A stretch of 64,000 bases of DNA, taken from a virus (taxonomy: Duplodnaviria; Caudoviricetes). The notes beneath the pieces are model-generated. The model searched no databases and had not been told where the DNA came from. It was given only the letters and a program-made list of their open reading frames with translations. How positions within the stretch are numbered: the stretch's first letter is position 1; each line of letters begins with the position of its first letter. Position numbers and translations under genes: made by a program. Location of the stretch: IMG/VR virus record IMGVR_UViG_2821731843_000002; one strand, given 5' to 3'. This document shows, piece after piece, positions 8,346 through 17,416 of this stretch.

Positions 8346-8843
8346 TTAGACGCCCATGGCCTTGCGCAGCTCAACGACCTGGTCGACGCCGCCGATAACG
8401 CGCTTGCCTGCCAGGATGTCGATTTCAAACAACTCGTCGCCGTTCATAGTCAGGCGGAAATAATCAACCGCCAGGGACAGCTTTAGCGGCACATCACTGC
8501 CGGGTTTCAGATCGCCAAAGTTGGTCGAGGTCCAGCGCCCACCCAAAGTGGCCACATAGGTGTCGGCTGAGAAATCATCCTCACCCATGGCAGCAGGGCG
8601 CAGGACCAGGCGCTTGCGGGTGCCAAACAGCTTAACGGCGTTTGGCGACCATTCGGACAGGGTGACTTCGGCATTCATCGCCTCAGTGCCCATGTCCACA
8701 GGCGAGACCCCGTCCATGCCAGCGCCCCGGTGGTTGGCCACCTGCATTTTGAGCTCGGGCAGCTTTCCCTCGGTGGCACGGCCTGCATAGCTGACCCCGT
8801 CCAGGAAGGCGTTGAAGTTGCGAATAGTGCGTGGATATATCAT
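8346..8843 (-). CDS. Major tail tube protein (P2 FII-like)
   Basis: IRNFNAFLDGVSYAG...LPELK...HRGAGMDG...FEIDILAGKRVIGGVD. Confidence 0.92.
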   Translation of the reverse strand: MIYPRTIRNFNAFLDGVSYAGRATEGKLPELKMQVANHRGAGMDGVSPVDMGTEAMNAEVTLSEWSPNAVKLFGTRKRLVLRPAAMGEDDFSADTYVATLGGRWTSTNFGDLKPGSDVPLKLSLAVDYFRLTMNGDELFEIDILAGKRVIGGVDQVVELRKAMGV

Positions 8844-8860
8844 CGCGATTGTCCTTTCGA

Positions 8861-10045
8861 TTAAGCGGCGGCGCTGACCGAGGAAATCAATTCCTCGTAA
8901 TATTCACCCTCGCGGTGGGCCCGGAAAATCAAATGTTCCAGCGGTGCGGGAGGCTCAAAGTCAAAGTCGAGATAGAGCTTGCCCGCCTTCAGGGTGGTCT
9001 CGGTGTTCAGCTCCGGGTCCAGCCAACACTTGAAGCCCAGCAAGGCACCGACATTGACCATCTGTTGGCCAAAGCCCTGCACCCCGTCGCGGATGTCTTC
9101 AAAAAGCTGCGCCGACATGGGGCGGTCCATCGCCCAAAGATGCGCGGCCTCAATGCTTTCATAGATGATGTCGGCGGTGCGGCGCACGGACAGGAAAGCC
9201 CATTGGGCATCTGGCGTGGTGCTGCGGTTGCCCCAGAGGCGGAAGCCATCACGGCGAATGATTGTGGCCACCTCGGCCTCGTTCATCCGGTTAGCCTCGG
9301 TCTCGGTGGAACTGAGGTGGAAGCCGACGGGGCGCGTTGTGCCAGATATACCGTTGATCACCTGGTTGGACGGCGACCACCAGAAGCCGCGCTCGATGTC
9401 GCGTTTGGCGATCAACCCGGCCACATAAGCAGAGGCAGGGCGGGTGACATACGCGGCACTGACGGTGTCAAACACCGTGACGGCCGGATCCACAATGAAC
9501 AACCGGTCAGAGCCCCAGTTGCCGCGCTCAGTTTTGGCGTCGGTCTCATCAGTGTTGGGGCCATCGGCAATGACCACAGCGCGGATCTTTTCCGCCACCG
9601 CGACCAGATTGGTGGTTACTGGATTGGCCGGGTCGCCCGGTATTGTGCTGGTAAAGCCAGGAGCGGCGAGAATGCGGGGTGTCAGATCCAGCTTGCTGCG
9701 CGAGGCTTCCAGCGCCCAGACGCCGGTAAACGCAGTGGCATCGCCGACAATATTGGCCAGGGTGGCGGCATCATCTGCGCCCTCGGCGACCCGGATGAAC
9801 ACGGCGACGCTGGCCCCTTGGGCATAGAGCGCCTCATAGGCATGTTTCAGAGTGCCGGCATCATTTAGCAGGGCGGCTTTGCGTGGACCTTCGACCAACA
9901 CGGGCGTGTCCAGAGGAAAGATCGCCGCGTCGGCATCTGGTGCCGTTCCCACAATGCCAATGACCGAACTTTTGGCGGTGGAAATGGGGCGGATACCATC
10001 GTCAATCTGGACGACTTCCACCCCGTGAAGAAACTGTTCGGGCAT
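8861..10045 (-). CDS. Contractile tail sheath protein (P2 FI-like)
   Basis: FLHGVEVV, PRILAAPGF, GFWWSPSN, GFRLWGNR, FEPPAPLEHL. Confidence 0.95.
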   Translation of the reverse strand: MPEQFLHGVEVVQIDDGIRPISTAKSSVIGIVGTAPDADAAIFPLDTPVLVEGPRKAALLNDAGTLKHAYEALYAQGASVAVFIRVAEGADDAATLANIVGDATAFTGVWALEASRSKLDLTPRILAAPGFTSTIPGDPANPVTTNLVAVAEKIRAVVIADGPNTDETDAKTERGNWGSDRLFIVDPAVTVFDTVSAAYVTRPASAYVAGLIAKRDIERGFWWSPSNQVINGISGTTRPVGFHLSSTETEANRMNEAEVATIIRRDGFRLWGNRSTTPDAQWAFLSVRRTADIIYESIEAAHLWAMDRPMSAQLFEDIRDGVQGFGQQMVNVGALLGFKCWLDPELNTETTLKAGKLYLDFDFEPPAPLEHLIFRAHREGEYYEELISSVSAAA

Positions 10046-10047
10046 GA

Positions 10048-10569
10048 TTACGCCCCTCCGTTGATCTGAGTTTGGGCCTCGTTAAAGGCTGTTTCTGCCA
10101 GGGCTTTTGCATTCCCAAGCACGGTTTGGATTTGCGCCTCGATGTCGACTGCATCCTCCGCAATGGCGGCGATGGCGGCCTTGGTCTCGGCTTCAAGAGC
10201 GCCGATCAGCAGGGCAATCTGGCGATAGGCAGAGGCCTTGGCGTTGATCTCCGCCAGCAGTGCCTCCGAGGTGATGCCACGGGCTGCAGCCTCGCGGTCA
10301 ATCATCGCTAGTTCTGCAGGTGCTGCACTGGCTGGATCGCGGGCGATCTCTTCCTTGAAGCGGTATTCCGCAAGCTTGCCCGGCGAGGCACTGGAAATCT
10401 GGGCGCGATAGGCGTTGGTGAACACTGCCACTTCCGTGCGCGCGCCTTGTTTAACCGCGGCACTGATGACGGGTGCCGGAACGCCCGCATCCTGGGCCGA
10501 TGCCACAGACCAGTTGTAGTAGGGCTGGCCGTTGTGTTCGAAACTGATGGTCAGGGTCATGAGCTGCAT
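10048..10569 (-). CDS. Tail fibre assembly/accessory protein
   Basis: 173 aa, helical, directly after the fibre-like gene in the tail operon. Confidence 0.55.
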   Translation of the reverse strand: MQLMTLTISFEHNGQPYYNWSVASAQDAGVPAPVISAAVKQGARTEVAVFTNAYRAQISSASPGKLAEYRFKEEIARDPASAAPAELAMIDREAAARGITSEALLAEINAKASAYRQIALLIGALEAETKAAIAAIAEDAVDIEAQIQTVLGNAKALAETAFNEAQTQINGGA

Positions 10570-10572
10570 TCC

Positions 10573-11286
10573 TTACAAGCTGGTTAGATTGGTGGCGATA
10601 AGGGTGCGGATGCTGGCCGGATCAGTTGCGGCGGCGACGTCCTGTATCCAGCGCCCTGCCACCGGGCCAGTGCCGCCGTTGAGGTTGGAGACACTCAGCG
10701 CGCAAAACACATCGTTGTTGATGACGCATTGATCGGACCCGACAGGCAAGTCGATCTGACAATTGCTCAAGCGCAGGGTCATGTTGCCCCGCGAGCGGAA
10801 CATGCCTTTGTCGGTGACGCCAGCCCCGGCGGTGACGGCCTCAAACTGGATTTCCTGGCACTCGAAATAGCAGTTGCTATGGAGCGAGGACAAATCGGCG
10901 GTGCTGGCCGTATCCCCTTCCGAGGTGCCTGCAAATGTCACCTTAGCCCGACCGCCTCCCGTGACCTGGGCCTTGAACGCAACGCTCTGCTGTTTAAAAT
11001 CCACCCGCTTGGAGACGTGATAATCCGTCAGGAAATAGACCGTCAGCAACCCGCCCATGGGCGTCATATTGGCAGCCTTCTGGAGAGTCAGAAACGGGCT
11101 GGCCTCACTGCCGTCATTGGCATCATCACCCGCGACCTGATCCACATAAAAGGTGCGGTTGATATTTGGGAAGGCCGCCAGGGCAGCGGCCAAAGACGCG
11201 TCAATCACGGCATTCTTACCTTGGTAAGCTGCCGCCAAGTCAGTGATCGCCGTGATGGCTGCAGTCATTTGTTCGGTTGTGGTCAT
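10573..11286 (-). CDS. Short tail fibre / receptor-binding protein candidate
   Basis: N-terminal coil, then FYVDQVAGDDANDGSEASPFLTLQKA (a motif typical of beta-helix starts). Position after the baseplate genes. Confidence 0.6.
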   Translation of the reverse strand: MTTTEQMTAAITAITDLAAAYQGKNAVIDASLAAALAAFPNINRTFYVDQVAGDDANDGSEASPFLTLQKAANMTPMGGLLTVYFLTDYHVSKRVDFKQQSVAFKAQVTGGGRAKVTFAGTSEGDTASTADLSSLHSNCYFECQEIQFEAVTAGAGVTDKGMFRSRGNMTLRLSNCQIDLPVGSDQCVINNDVFCALSVSNLNGGTGPVAGRWIQDVAAATDPASIRTLIATNLTSL

Positions 11287-11296
11287 TGGGATCTCC

Positions 11297-11812
11297 TCAA
11301 TAGCTGCCGGTCAGAGCGCGCAGGAGCTCGGACTGGTTGAATTGTTCAAGGTGCAGGGTGGCGTGGCTGTAGGCGGTGGCGACGGTCAGATCGAACAGCG
11401 CATCGTCGGGCGCGTCGATGATCACCAATCCCTCGGCGATCTGGCTAAAGCTCAGGATGTGCTCGGCGATATGGGTAACCACACCAACCGTGAAGGGTTG
11501 GAAATCACTTCCTGCCCAGAGGAAAATCAGATTACCTTCGCTGTCGAAGAACCCCATTTCACGGGCATCAAATACCGGATCGCCTGGGGCGAACTCGGCC
11601 GTTATGCGCCAGGCGTTGCTGTCAACGATGTGGCGCTTGGTAATCGCCACGCGGGTCCGTTCATTGCGCAAGCCAATCTGGCCGTGGCCCGGATCGTAAC
11701 TGGCCCCGTTGGCATCGCCGATTGCCACTTCGGTGATAGCCACCTGAGTGCCAGATCCGGCGGCGGCGTTGATCAGTGAGACGCCAATGTCAGTTAAAAG
11801 TGTTTGGGTCAT
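11297..11812 (-). CDS. Tail-collar / fibre N-terminal protein (P2 gpH N-terminus-like)
   Basis: LLTDIG...ITEVAIGDANG...FDAREMGFFDSEGNLI. ATG at 11812. Confidence 0.8.
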   Translation of the reverse strand: MTQTLLTDIGVSLINAAAGSGTQVAITEVAIGDANGASYDPGHGQIGLRNERTRVAITKRHIVDSNAWRITAEFAPGDPVFDAREMGFFDSEGNLIFLWAGSDFQPFTVGVVTHIAEHILSFSQIAEGLVIIDAPDDALFDLTVATAYSHATLHLEQFNQSELLRALTGSY

Positions 11813-12552
11813 CAGGCGACCGCCCTTTCTGTAATGAGGTGAGTGACGCGCGAAAGTGATTTGGGGCGCAGGGCACTGCGCAGGCAAAGCCCGGTGCTCA
11901 AGGTATTGGCGCGCGCCGCTGGATCGTGTGTGTCCTCGGATCTCCGGGTCATGCGGATCGATGCCCGCAAGGAAACCGCGCTTACCAATTCAGATGGCCG
12001 GGGGATTGGATCACTGGCCACGATCAGGTGCTGGGTGGATCGCGCGCCGGTGCGCAATGCAACAGTGGCGCCCACGCTTTGGCCGATCCGCAGCTCGTAA
12101 TGGGCGCTGGCAGGTTTCACATTGTCCAGGACACGGGACAGGGTGGCAAAGAGCGCCTGGTCGATCTGCAATCCAGCCCCAAGAATATCATCGCCAAACG
12201 CGTCAACGCGGAAGGTATGGGCCGCGCCGCCGTATTCAAACCACTCCGAGATGTCGGTTCTAAAGCCAAGGCTGGCCAAGACACGGCGCACGGCCCCGCG
12301 TGTGCCTTTGACCCGGTGAACGGCAATGCTTTGCCGGATTGTGTCGCGCTTCTCAGCCTCTGACCAGGCAGCGCCCCAAACGTCGACCGAGAAGGCCCAG
12401 GCGAGCCAACCCAACAGCGGCGCGGGGCAGGTATCCGGGTTCATGAGTGTGGCGACCGCCGTCAGATCCGGCTTGGACTTGCCGATGGCCTGTTCAAGCG
12501 CGCGCTCTAGTGCGGTGCTGTTTGGGGGCAGGATGGTGGGCAGGTCAGACAT
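11812..12552 (-). CDS. Baseplate wedge protein (P2 tail protein I)
   Basis: LPPNSTALERAL, NPDTCPAPLLGWLAWAFSVDVW, HRVKGT. Confidence 0.92.
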   Translation of the reverse strand: MSDLPTILPPNSTALERALEQAIGKSKPDLTAVATLMNPDTCPAPLLGWLAWAFSVDVWGAAWSEAEKRDTIRQSIAVHRVKGTRGAVRRVLASLGFRTDISEWFEYGGAAHTFRVDAFGDDILGAGLQIDQALFATLSRVLDNVKPASAHYELRIGQSVGATVALRTGARSTQHLIVASDPIPRPSELVSAVSLRASIRMTRRSEDTHDPAARANTLSTGLCLRSALRPKSLSRVTHLITERAVA

Positions 12553-13450
12553 TGGTGCCCCCCAAGCTCAAGGCGGGCGCAATGGGGCAATAAGCGGCCT
12601 CAGTGTCGCCGACCACGATGTCGGCCAGCGGCTCGGTCAGGTTCACTTTTTGAACGCCGGGCTGGTGCAGGGCGCTGTAGATCCCCGACAGAGTGATATC
12701 AAAGCCAAGGCGGTTTTGTTCGGTGATGTAGGTGGCAATGGCGGCCTGCGCGGCGTCCAGGACCGTGTCGCTGTCGGGGCCGCTAAACAGCACCAACTCG
12801 GCGGTGATCTGATAGGGAATGAGAGTTGCAGCCTGAACCACGACCTGGTCCGTCAGGGGCCGCACGTCTTCACCGTTTAAGACGGTTTCAACGGCGTTTA
12901 AAACGCTGTTTGACGGTGTGCCGTCGTTGTCATGCGACAGCACGGTTACCGTCACCTGGCCGGGGATCTCAGAAATAACAGAGACGTCTTTGATCTCGCC
13001 AGAGGCCGAGCGCGCCCAAAAGATATAAGAGCCGCGCGGTCCCGCCGTGGAATGCCCTTCCAGCGAAAGTTGCACCCGCTGGCGCAAGGCGTCGTCGCTT
13101 TCCATGATCTGCGCAATGGGAGGTGAGACGCTGTCGTCAGCCTCTTGTGCCACCAGGCGCACGACACCCCAATAAGCCGCCAACCCATCCAGATCGGTGC
13201 CGGTGCTGAGTGCCAGCATATTGGCCCGCGCACCGTCGTTGAATTCCAGACGGTCCAACATGCGATGATAAGCACAGACTCGCAGCAGCTTGGTGACCGG
13301 TTCGCTTTCCAGTGCCAGGTACGGCTCCAGTTCGGGCATCTGGATGATGGCCTCGGCCTTCATTTCCGCCAACAAGGTTTCATAGGCGACGGTCTGGATC
13401 ACCTCGGGGGCAGGCAGCTTGGACAGGTCAATCGGGGTAAAGCCGCTCAT
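12545..13450 (-). CDS. Baseplate J protein
   Basis: IDLSKLPAP, ESEPVTKLL, STAGPRGSY, DVRPLTD. Confidence 0.93.
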   Translation of the reverse strand: MSGFTPIDLSKLPAPEVIQTVAYETLLAEMKAEAIIQMPELEPYLALESEPVTKLLRVCAYHRMLDRLEFNDGARANMLALSTGTDLDGLAAYWGVVRLVAQEADDSVSPPIAQIMESDDALRQRVQLSLEGHSTAGPRGSYIFWARSASGEIKDVSVISEIPGQVTVTVLSHDNDGTPSNSVLNAVETVLNGEDVRPLTDQVVVQAATLIPYQITAELVLFSGPDSDTVLDAAQAAIATYITEQNRLGFDITLSGIYSALHQPGVQKVNLTEPLADIVVGDTEAAYCPIAPALSLGGTNV

Positions 13451-13791
13451 TGGGTTGCGCCTTCAGTGTCGAGGCTCAATGGCATTGAGATCTCAAGGCC
13501 GTCGGCGTCGGTCAGTGCAAACTCGGCGTAGCCTGCGCCGGTGTTTACCAGCTCAATACGCGCCAGCTCGATACGCGGTTCCCACAGGTCCAGCGCCTCG
13601 GCCGTGGCCATGTAGGCGTCGATCATGGTTTCGCCATTCAAGGGCTGGTCGATGATGTTTGGCAGATCCGAGCCATAGCTGCGCTGCATCACCAGTGACC
13701 CCTTGGGCGTGGTGAGGATGTCGTGGATCGACTGCGCCAGATGCGCCGCGCCACTGAGCTGTCGCCCGCTATGTCGATCCATTCCACTCAT
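13447..13791 (-). CDS. Baseplate wedge W (gp25-like)
   Basis: HLAQSIHDILTTPKGS...RSYGS...WEPRI. Confidence 0.92.
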   Translation of the reverse strand: MSGMDRHSGRQLSGAAHLAQSIHDILTTPKGSLVMQRSYGSDLPNIIDQPLNGETMIDAYMATAEALDLWEPRIELARIELVNTGAGYAEFALTDADGLEISMPLSLDTEGATQ

Positions 13792-13988
13792 GTTTTGGCT
13801 TTGGCCTTTTTGGGAGTGGCTGTCTTGGCAGGCTCATTGTCCTGGTCCGTTTTGAGACGGACGTTTTCATAGCGCGCCTGGTCCTTGGTCAGCGATAGAG
13901 TGTCGCCTGCTTTGCAGCGCTGACCGGCCACCCAGCCTGCGGCGGTGACGGTGTACTCATGCTTTGAGATCACTGGTTTCTTGCTCAT
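13788..13988 (-). CDS. Small conserved baseplate-region protein
   Basis: 66 aa with start/stop overlaps to both neighbours (V and W). Confidence 0.7.
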   Translation of the reverse strand: MSKKPVISKHEYTVTAAGWVAGQRCKAGDTLSLTKDQARYENVRLKTDQDNEPAKTATPKKAKAKT

Positions 13989-14419
13989 TTGTTTGGCTCT
14001 CCTGTGTCGGCCCCGCCTAGGGCAATTCCGTTGTGGGTGTGGTGCACAAGGCTGACACCGCTGGCGATCACATCGCCGGTCACTTCAATGTCGCCATTCA
14101 CAATCATCTTGCCGCCGCCCAGATTGATCATCGGCACGCCGCCGTCCGAGCTTGGGGCGTTTCCAGCAAAGACCGAGCAAAGGATTGTTGCCTGGGCCAT
14201 GTCCCCAGACGGGGCCCCAACCATCACCTGTTCGCCGACACTGGGCATCCACCAGAATTGAATGGCACCGGCGCTAAGCTGTCCCACCTGGATCAGCGGC
14301 GTGGTCAGATCGCCGATTTTCACCTTGGCGGCCGAGCTGCCAGGATCGACAGACACAACAGTGCCAATCTGCAGGACGTTGCCCAGTCGGCGGTCGGTTT
14401 CAGAGGCGTTCAAAGTCAT
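13985..14419 (-). CDS. Baseplate spike protein V
   Basis: WWMPSVGEQV and C-terminal GDIEVTGDVIASGVSLVHHTH. Confidence 0.92.
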   Translation of the reverse strand: MTLNASETDRRLGNVLQIGTVVSVDPGSSAAKVKIGDLTTPLIQVGQLSAGAIQFWWMPSVGEQVMVGAPSGDMAQATILCSVFAGNAPSSDGGVPMINLGGGKMIVNGDIEVTGDVIASGVSLVHHTHNGIALGGADTGEPNK

Positions 14420-14970
14420 GAGGTTGGCTCTCCGACTTGGGTGTAGCCGGTGACATTGTCGGTGCCGATCGCTGGCGACTGCGCCACATACAATTCGGCT
14501 CCCAAGGGCGCTGCCTCAACTGTGTGGAACGTCACCGGCTGGCCCCAGGTTACGGCCCAGAGTGACGAGGTGATGTCCTTTGCGCCGCTCGACACCAGGG
14601 TGTGCATGTGAACGCCTTGGGCTGCTCCCAGTGCGGGTTCCCCCCAGCGCTTGCCCGGAATAAGGGTCAACAAGGCCTGGCAGATATTGGCGGCGGCAAG
14701 GTCACGCGGTGCGCCGAGACCGTCGCGGGTCACCACATAGGCAGCCATCGACAGTACAAAGCTATGAGCTGCATCGCTGCGAGTGACCCCAGGCTTTGCG
14801 CCCAAGGTGGAAATCAGAACTGCAGGGGCGGGCAGGCCACTTTTCTTCAGCTCTTCCAGTGAGAATTTCCCGGCGTGGGGTTTGCAGGTTTTCAATTCGG
14901 GAAGCCGCAATTTAACGGCGTCACATACCGATTGTGGCAACCGCGCCAGGACTTGGTCGATATCGCTCAT
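14416..14970 (-). CDS. Tail terminator / Mu gp37-like protein
   Basis: 184 aa. Position after G; the sequence PAVLIS...SLWAVTW fits this class. Confidence 0.65.
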   Translation of the reverse strand: MSDIDQVLARLPQSVCDAVKLRLPELKTCKPHAGKFSLEELKKSGLPAPAVLISTLGAKPGVTRSDAAHSFVLSMAAYVVTRDGLGAPRDLAAANICQALLTLIPGKRWGEPALGAAQGVHMHTLVSSGAKDITSSLWAVTWGQPVTFHTVEAAPLGAELYVAQSPAIGTDNVTGYTQVGEPTS

Positions 14971-15413
14971 TGCAACAGCTCCGTCAGGCGGCCGGTCACA
15001 AGGTCGGAAATATCCAGCTCGTCTTCAGCCGAGACACCCAGATAGGGGCGCGCGGGCACACCGCTGCCGATTTCGTCACCGCCAAATTGGTGATGCGCCG
15101 CATAGACCAGGTTAGACCCCACATGAGCGGCGGTGCCGGTTGCATAGCTCTGGATACTGTCCAGCAGATCGCCGTCGCTGACCAACAGGGAATGGCGGTC
15201 ATGATCGCGGGTGTCGTCATAGGCCTCAGACCAGGGCGTCCAGGCTGCGCCGTCCGGATCAATCTTGGTTTCAAAACGACGCCGTGTTGAGCTTTCCAGC
15301 AGTGCACCGGCCTCGTCAGCCAGTTGCGCCATGTCAAAACCGGCCAAAGCCCCAAGTTTGCGGATGGCATCGTCCAGGCCAAGGGTGGTCAAAGATGCGG
15401 TGACGCCAGTCAT
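14967..15413 (-). CDS. Virion morphogenesis protein (Mu gpG / tail completion S)
   Basis: DPDGAAW, GSNLVYAAHHQFGG, PARPYLG. Confidence 0.9.
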   Translation of the reverse strand: MTGVTASLTTLGLDDAIRKLGALAGFDMAQLADEAGALLESSTRRRFETKIDPDGAAWTPWSEAYDDTRDHDRHSLLVSDGDLLDSIQSYATGTAAHVGSNLVYAAHHQFGGDEIGSGVPARPYLGVSAEDELDISDLVTGRLTELLQ

Positions 15414-15449
15414 ATTAAGTGTCCTACCGCTTTGCTACTTGAGGACATG

Positions 15450-15893
15450 TCAGAGCCCCTTCATTTTTTCGCGGGTGAACTCGCGCGGCGGACCACCCGC
15501 AACAATCGGGCGGGGGCGGGATGGTTCCGATGGGGCTTCGCTGTCGCCGTCAGTTGCGGCCGTCAGAACCAAAGTCGCAGTGCCTTTGGCGATTTTTTCC
15601 AGATGCTTGATCGCGTCCTCATAGCGCTGGCGGTGCTCTTCCGAGAGCACATCGCGCGATGACGCCAGCCGATAGATCGCGATATCAACGCAGAACTGCA
15701 CCAGCAGATCCGGATTTTCACCGAGAGGCAGGGTGTAACGGACCGCCAGATAGCTGTCGATTTCACCGGACGCTGAGGCCAGCGCCCGTGTGATGGCATC
15801 CACGTCAGGCACACCGTCGCCATCCCGGTCCGCCACATAAAGCGCGTCCTCGGAATACAGCGTGACAATGTCTGACTGGGTTGCGTAGGCCAT
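15450..15893 (-). CDS. Head-tail adaptor, Mu gp36 (DUF1320)
   Basis: MAYAT, EIDSYLAVRYTLPL, DIAIYRL, RYEDAIKHLEKIAKG. Confidence 0.9.
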   Translation of the reverse strand: MAYATQSDIVTLYSEDALYVADRDGDGVPDVDAITRALASASGEIDSYLAVRYTLPLGENPDLLVQFCVDIAIYRLASSRDVLSEEHRQRYEDAIKHLEKIAKGTATLVLTAATDGDSEAPSEPSRPRPIVAGGPPREFTREKMKGL

Positions 15894-16000
15894 CGGTTTC
15901 TCTTGTGGTTTTTCGGGTTTGAAAAAAGGTCCGGAGCTATGGGGCTCCCCATTCGCAGTGCTCCGGTACCGCGAAGGATCATCGTTCCCCAGGTATTGGG

Positions 16001-16387
16001 TTAGGCGTCAGGTTCTGGTGCCTTGAAGTCTTCCGCCAGCATGTGGTCCCAGATCCCATTGCGTTCACTTGCGGTGATCTTTCCCAGGTCGTCGCCCAAC
16101 AGATCGTTCAAGGCGTCGACCTTGGGCTTGCCGTCTTTTTGGTAGTCGGCAGCCGCCAGGGAGCGGATGCCTTCTGCGATTTGTTCGGCCCGTGCCTCGG
16201 CCCGGCTTTCGTCATCATCCGAGGCCGGTGTGACGCGCAGCATTGGCTCGTCCTTCAGCCGTTCAAGCTGCTCTTCAGAGAAGCTTTTAGGGTCGACGAT
16301 GACGCCGCTCTTGGGAAAGAACTTGCCGCACCGGTGGAAACCAGCGGCGGGAACGGCGGCGATTTTGATCATGGCTACTTTGCCCAT
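16001..16387 (-). CDS. Mu-like head-region protein (HI1506-related)
   Basis: GFHRCG...F...L..EPMLRV. Downstream of the capsid gene. Confidence 0.7.
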   Translation of the reverse strand: MGKVAMIKIAAVPAAGFHRCGKFFPKSGVIVDPKSFSEEQLERLKDEPMLRVTPASDDDESRAEARAEQIAEGIRSLAAADYQKDGKPKVDALNDLLGDDLGKITASERNGIWDHMLAEDFKAPEPDA

Positions 16388-16413
16388 GGGTCTGCCTTTC
16401 AAAGAAAATGGAA

Positions 16414-16488
16414 TGGTTGCGGAGGCGGGATTTGAACCCGCGACCTCCAGCTTATGAGGCTGGCGAGCTACCGCTGCTCTACTCCGCT
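16414..16488 (-). tRNA. tRNA-Met(CAU), initiator-like but atypical
   Basis: 75-nt cloverleaf AGCGGAG-TA-GAGC-AGCGGTA-GCTC-G-CCAGC-CTCATAA-GCTGG-AGGTC-GCGGG-TTCAAAT-CCCGC-CTCCGCA-A-CCA, with encoded CCA. Confidence 0.92.
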
Positions 16489-16498
16489 ACGCGTGGCC

Positions 16499-17410
16499 TC
16501 AGGCGGCCCAGTCGGTGTCGAGAACATCGACCGCGTTGTAGTTGGCGTTCGACGCACCGCCTTCACCCAGCATGACTTTGACTGTCTTGTTGGCTTGTGA
16601 GCGCAGTTTCGGCCCAACAACCAGCAGGCCGGGTTTGATCCCCAGAGGGCGGCCGTTGATGTCACGCAAGCTGCGCATGTTCTCGATGGCCGCGTCCAGG
16701 CTGTCACCGTCCAGGGCGACATTGGAGGCATAAGCCATCTGCCACAGACCAAAGCCGACGTTTGAGCGCGCATCGACCCCGTAGAGGAATTCCTTGTTGT
16801 GGAAAACGTGGTCGGACACTTTCGGGTCCACATGCGCGATGAACTCAGGCTTTTTGCGTTCCTGGTAGATCATTGGCTTTAGCGGTCGACTCACATCCAG
16901 CAGATACCACCAGGGGTTTCCGACGGCACCTGAGGCATCGACATTGGACGCAACGGTGTCAGCGCCGGTGTTGTCATGAGACGGGTGATCCGTGTCAAAG
17001 AAGTATTGGCCATCGTAACACAGCTCGGTGACACCCTTTGCCAGCAGGCCAAAGGTCAGGTCATCAGGTTGTTGGCCTGCGCTGTGACCCATTTCCTGAA
17101 ACAACGGCCCGTAAATGCCGAGGTTGTCGTCTTCAATATCGTTGCGATCAACACCAACAGTCGATTCAAAATCCTTGTTGGTGATGGAATAGCCGTGGGC
17201 TGCCATATCTTTGACAACGCGGGGCCCAACCCATTCCCGCATTTTGGGGAACTTGCCGAGCCAGCCATAGGTCTCGGACTTGGACGATGACGGCACGATG
17301 GTGGCGACTTTGGTAAAGTCGGCTTCCGGGCGGATCGCGCTGAAGGCGTCCTGAAAGTGCTTTTTATACCCAACTTGAAGGGCGGCGATAGCGGCTGCTG
17401 TGACCATCAT
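16499..17410 (-). CDS. Major capsid protein, Mu gpT family
   Basis: YGWLGKFPKMREWVG, FESTVGVDRNDIEDD, CYDGQYFFDTDHP, GRPLGIKP. Confidence 0.95.
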   Translation of the reverse strand: MMVTAAAIAALQVGYKKHFQDAFSAIRPEADFTKVATIVPSSSKSETYGWLGKFPKMREWVGPRVVKDMAAHGYSITNKDFESTVGVDRNDIEDDNLGIYGPLFQEMGHSAGQQPDDLTFGLLAKGVTELCYDGQYFFDTDHPSHDNTGADTVASNVDASGAVGNPWWYLLDVSRPLKPMIYQERKKPEFIAHVDPKVSDHVFHNKEFLYGVDARSNVGFGLWQMAYASNVALDGDSLDAAIENMRSLRDINGRPLGIKPGLLVVGPKLRSQANKTVKVMLGEGGASNANYNAVDVLDTDWAA

Positions 17411-17416
17411 GGCAGG

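Noticed and set aside
8831-9868. Long plus-strand ORFs (8831-9868, 20886-22079, 47609-48535, 51003-51905, 57953-58861 and others)
   Set aside because: These are antisense shadows of high-GC phage genes, with no motifs.
10048-11812. Diversity-generating retroelement or invertible tail-fibre segment
   Set aside because: No reverse transcriptase, no template/variable repeat pair, no invertase and no inverted fibre cassette were seen in either tail region.
16468-16833. 121-aa ORF overlapping the capsid 3' end and the tRNA
   Set aside because: It is an alternative frame of the capsid gene with no independent support.
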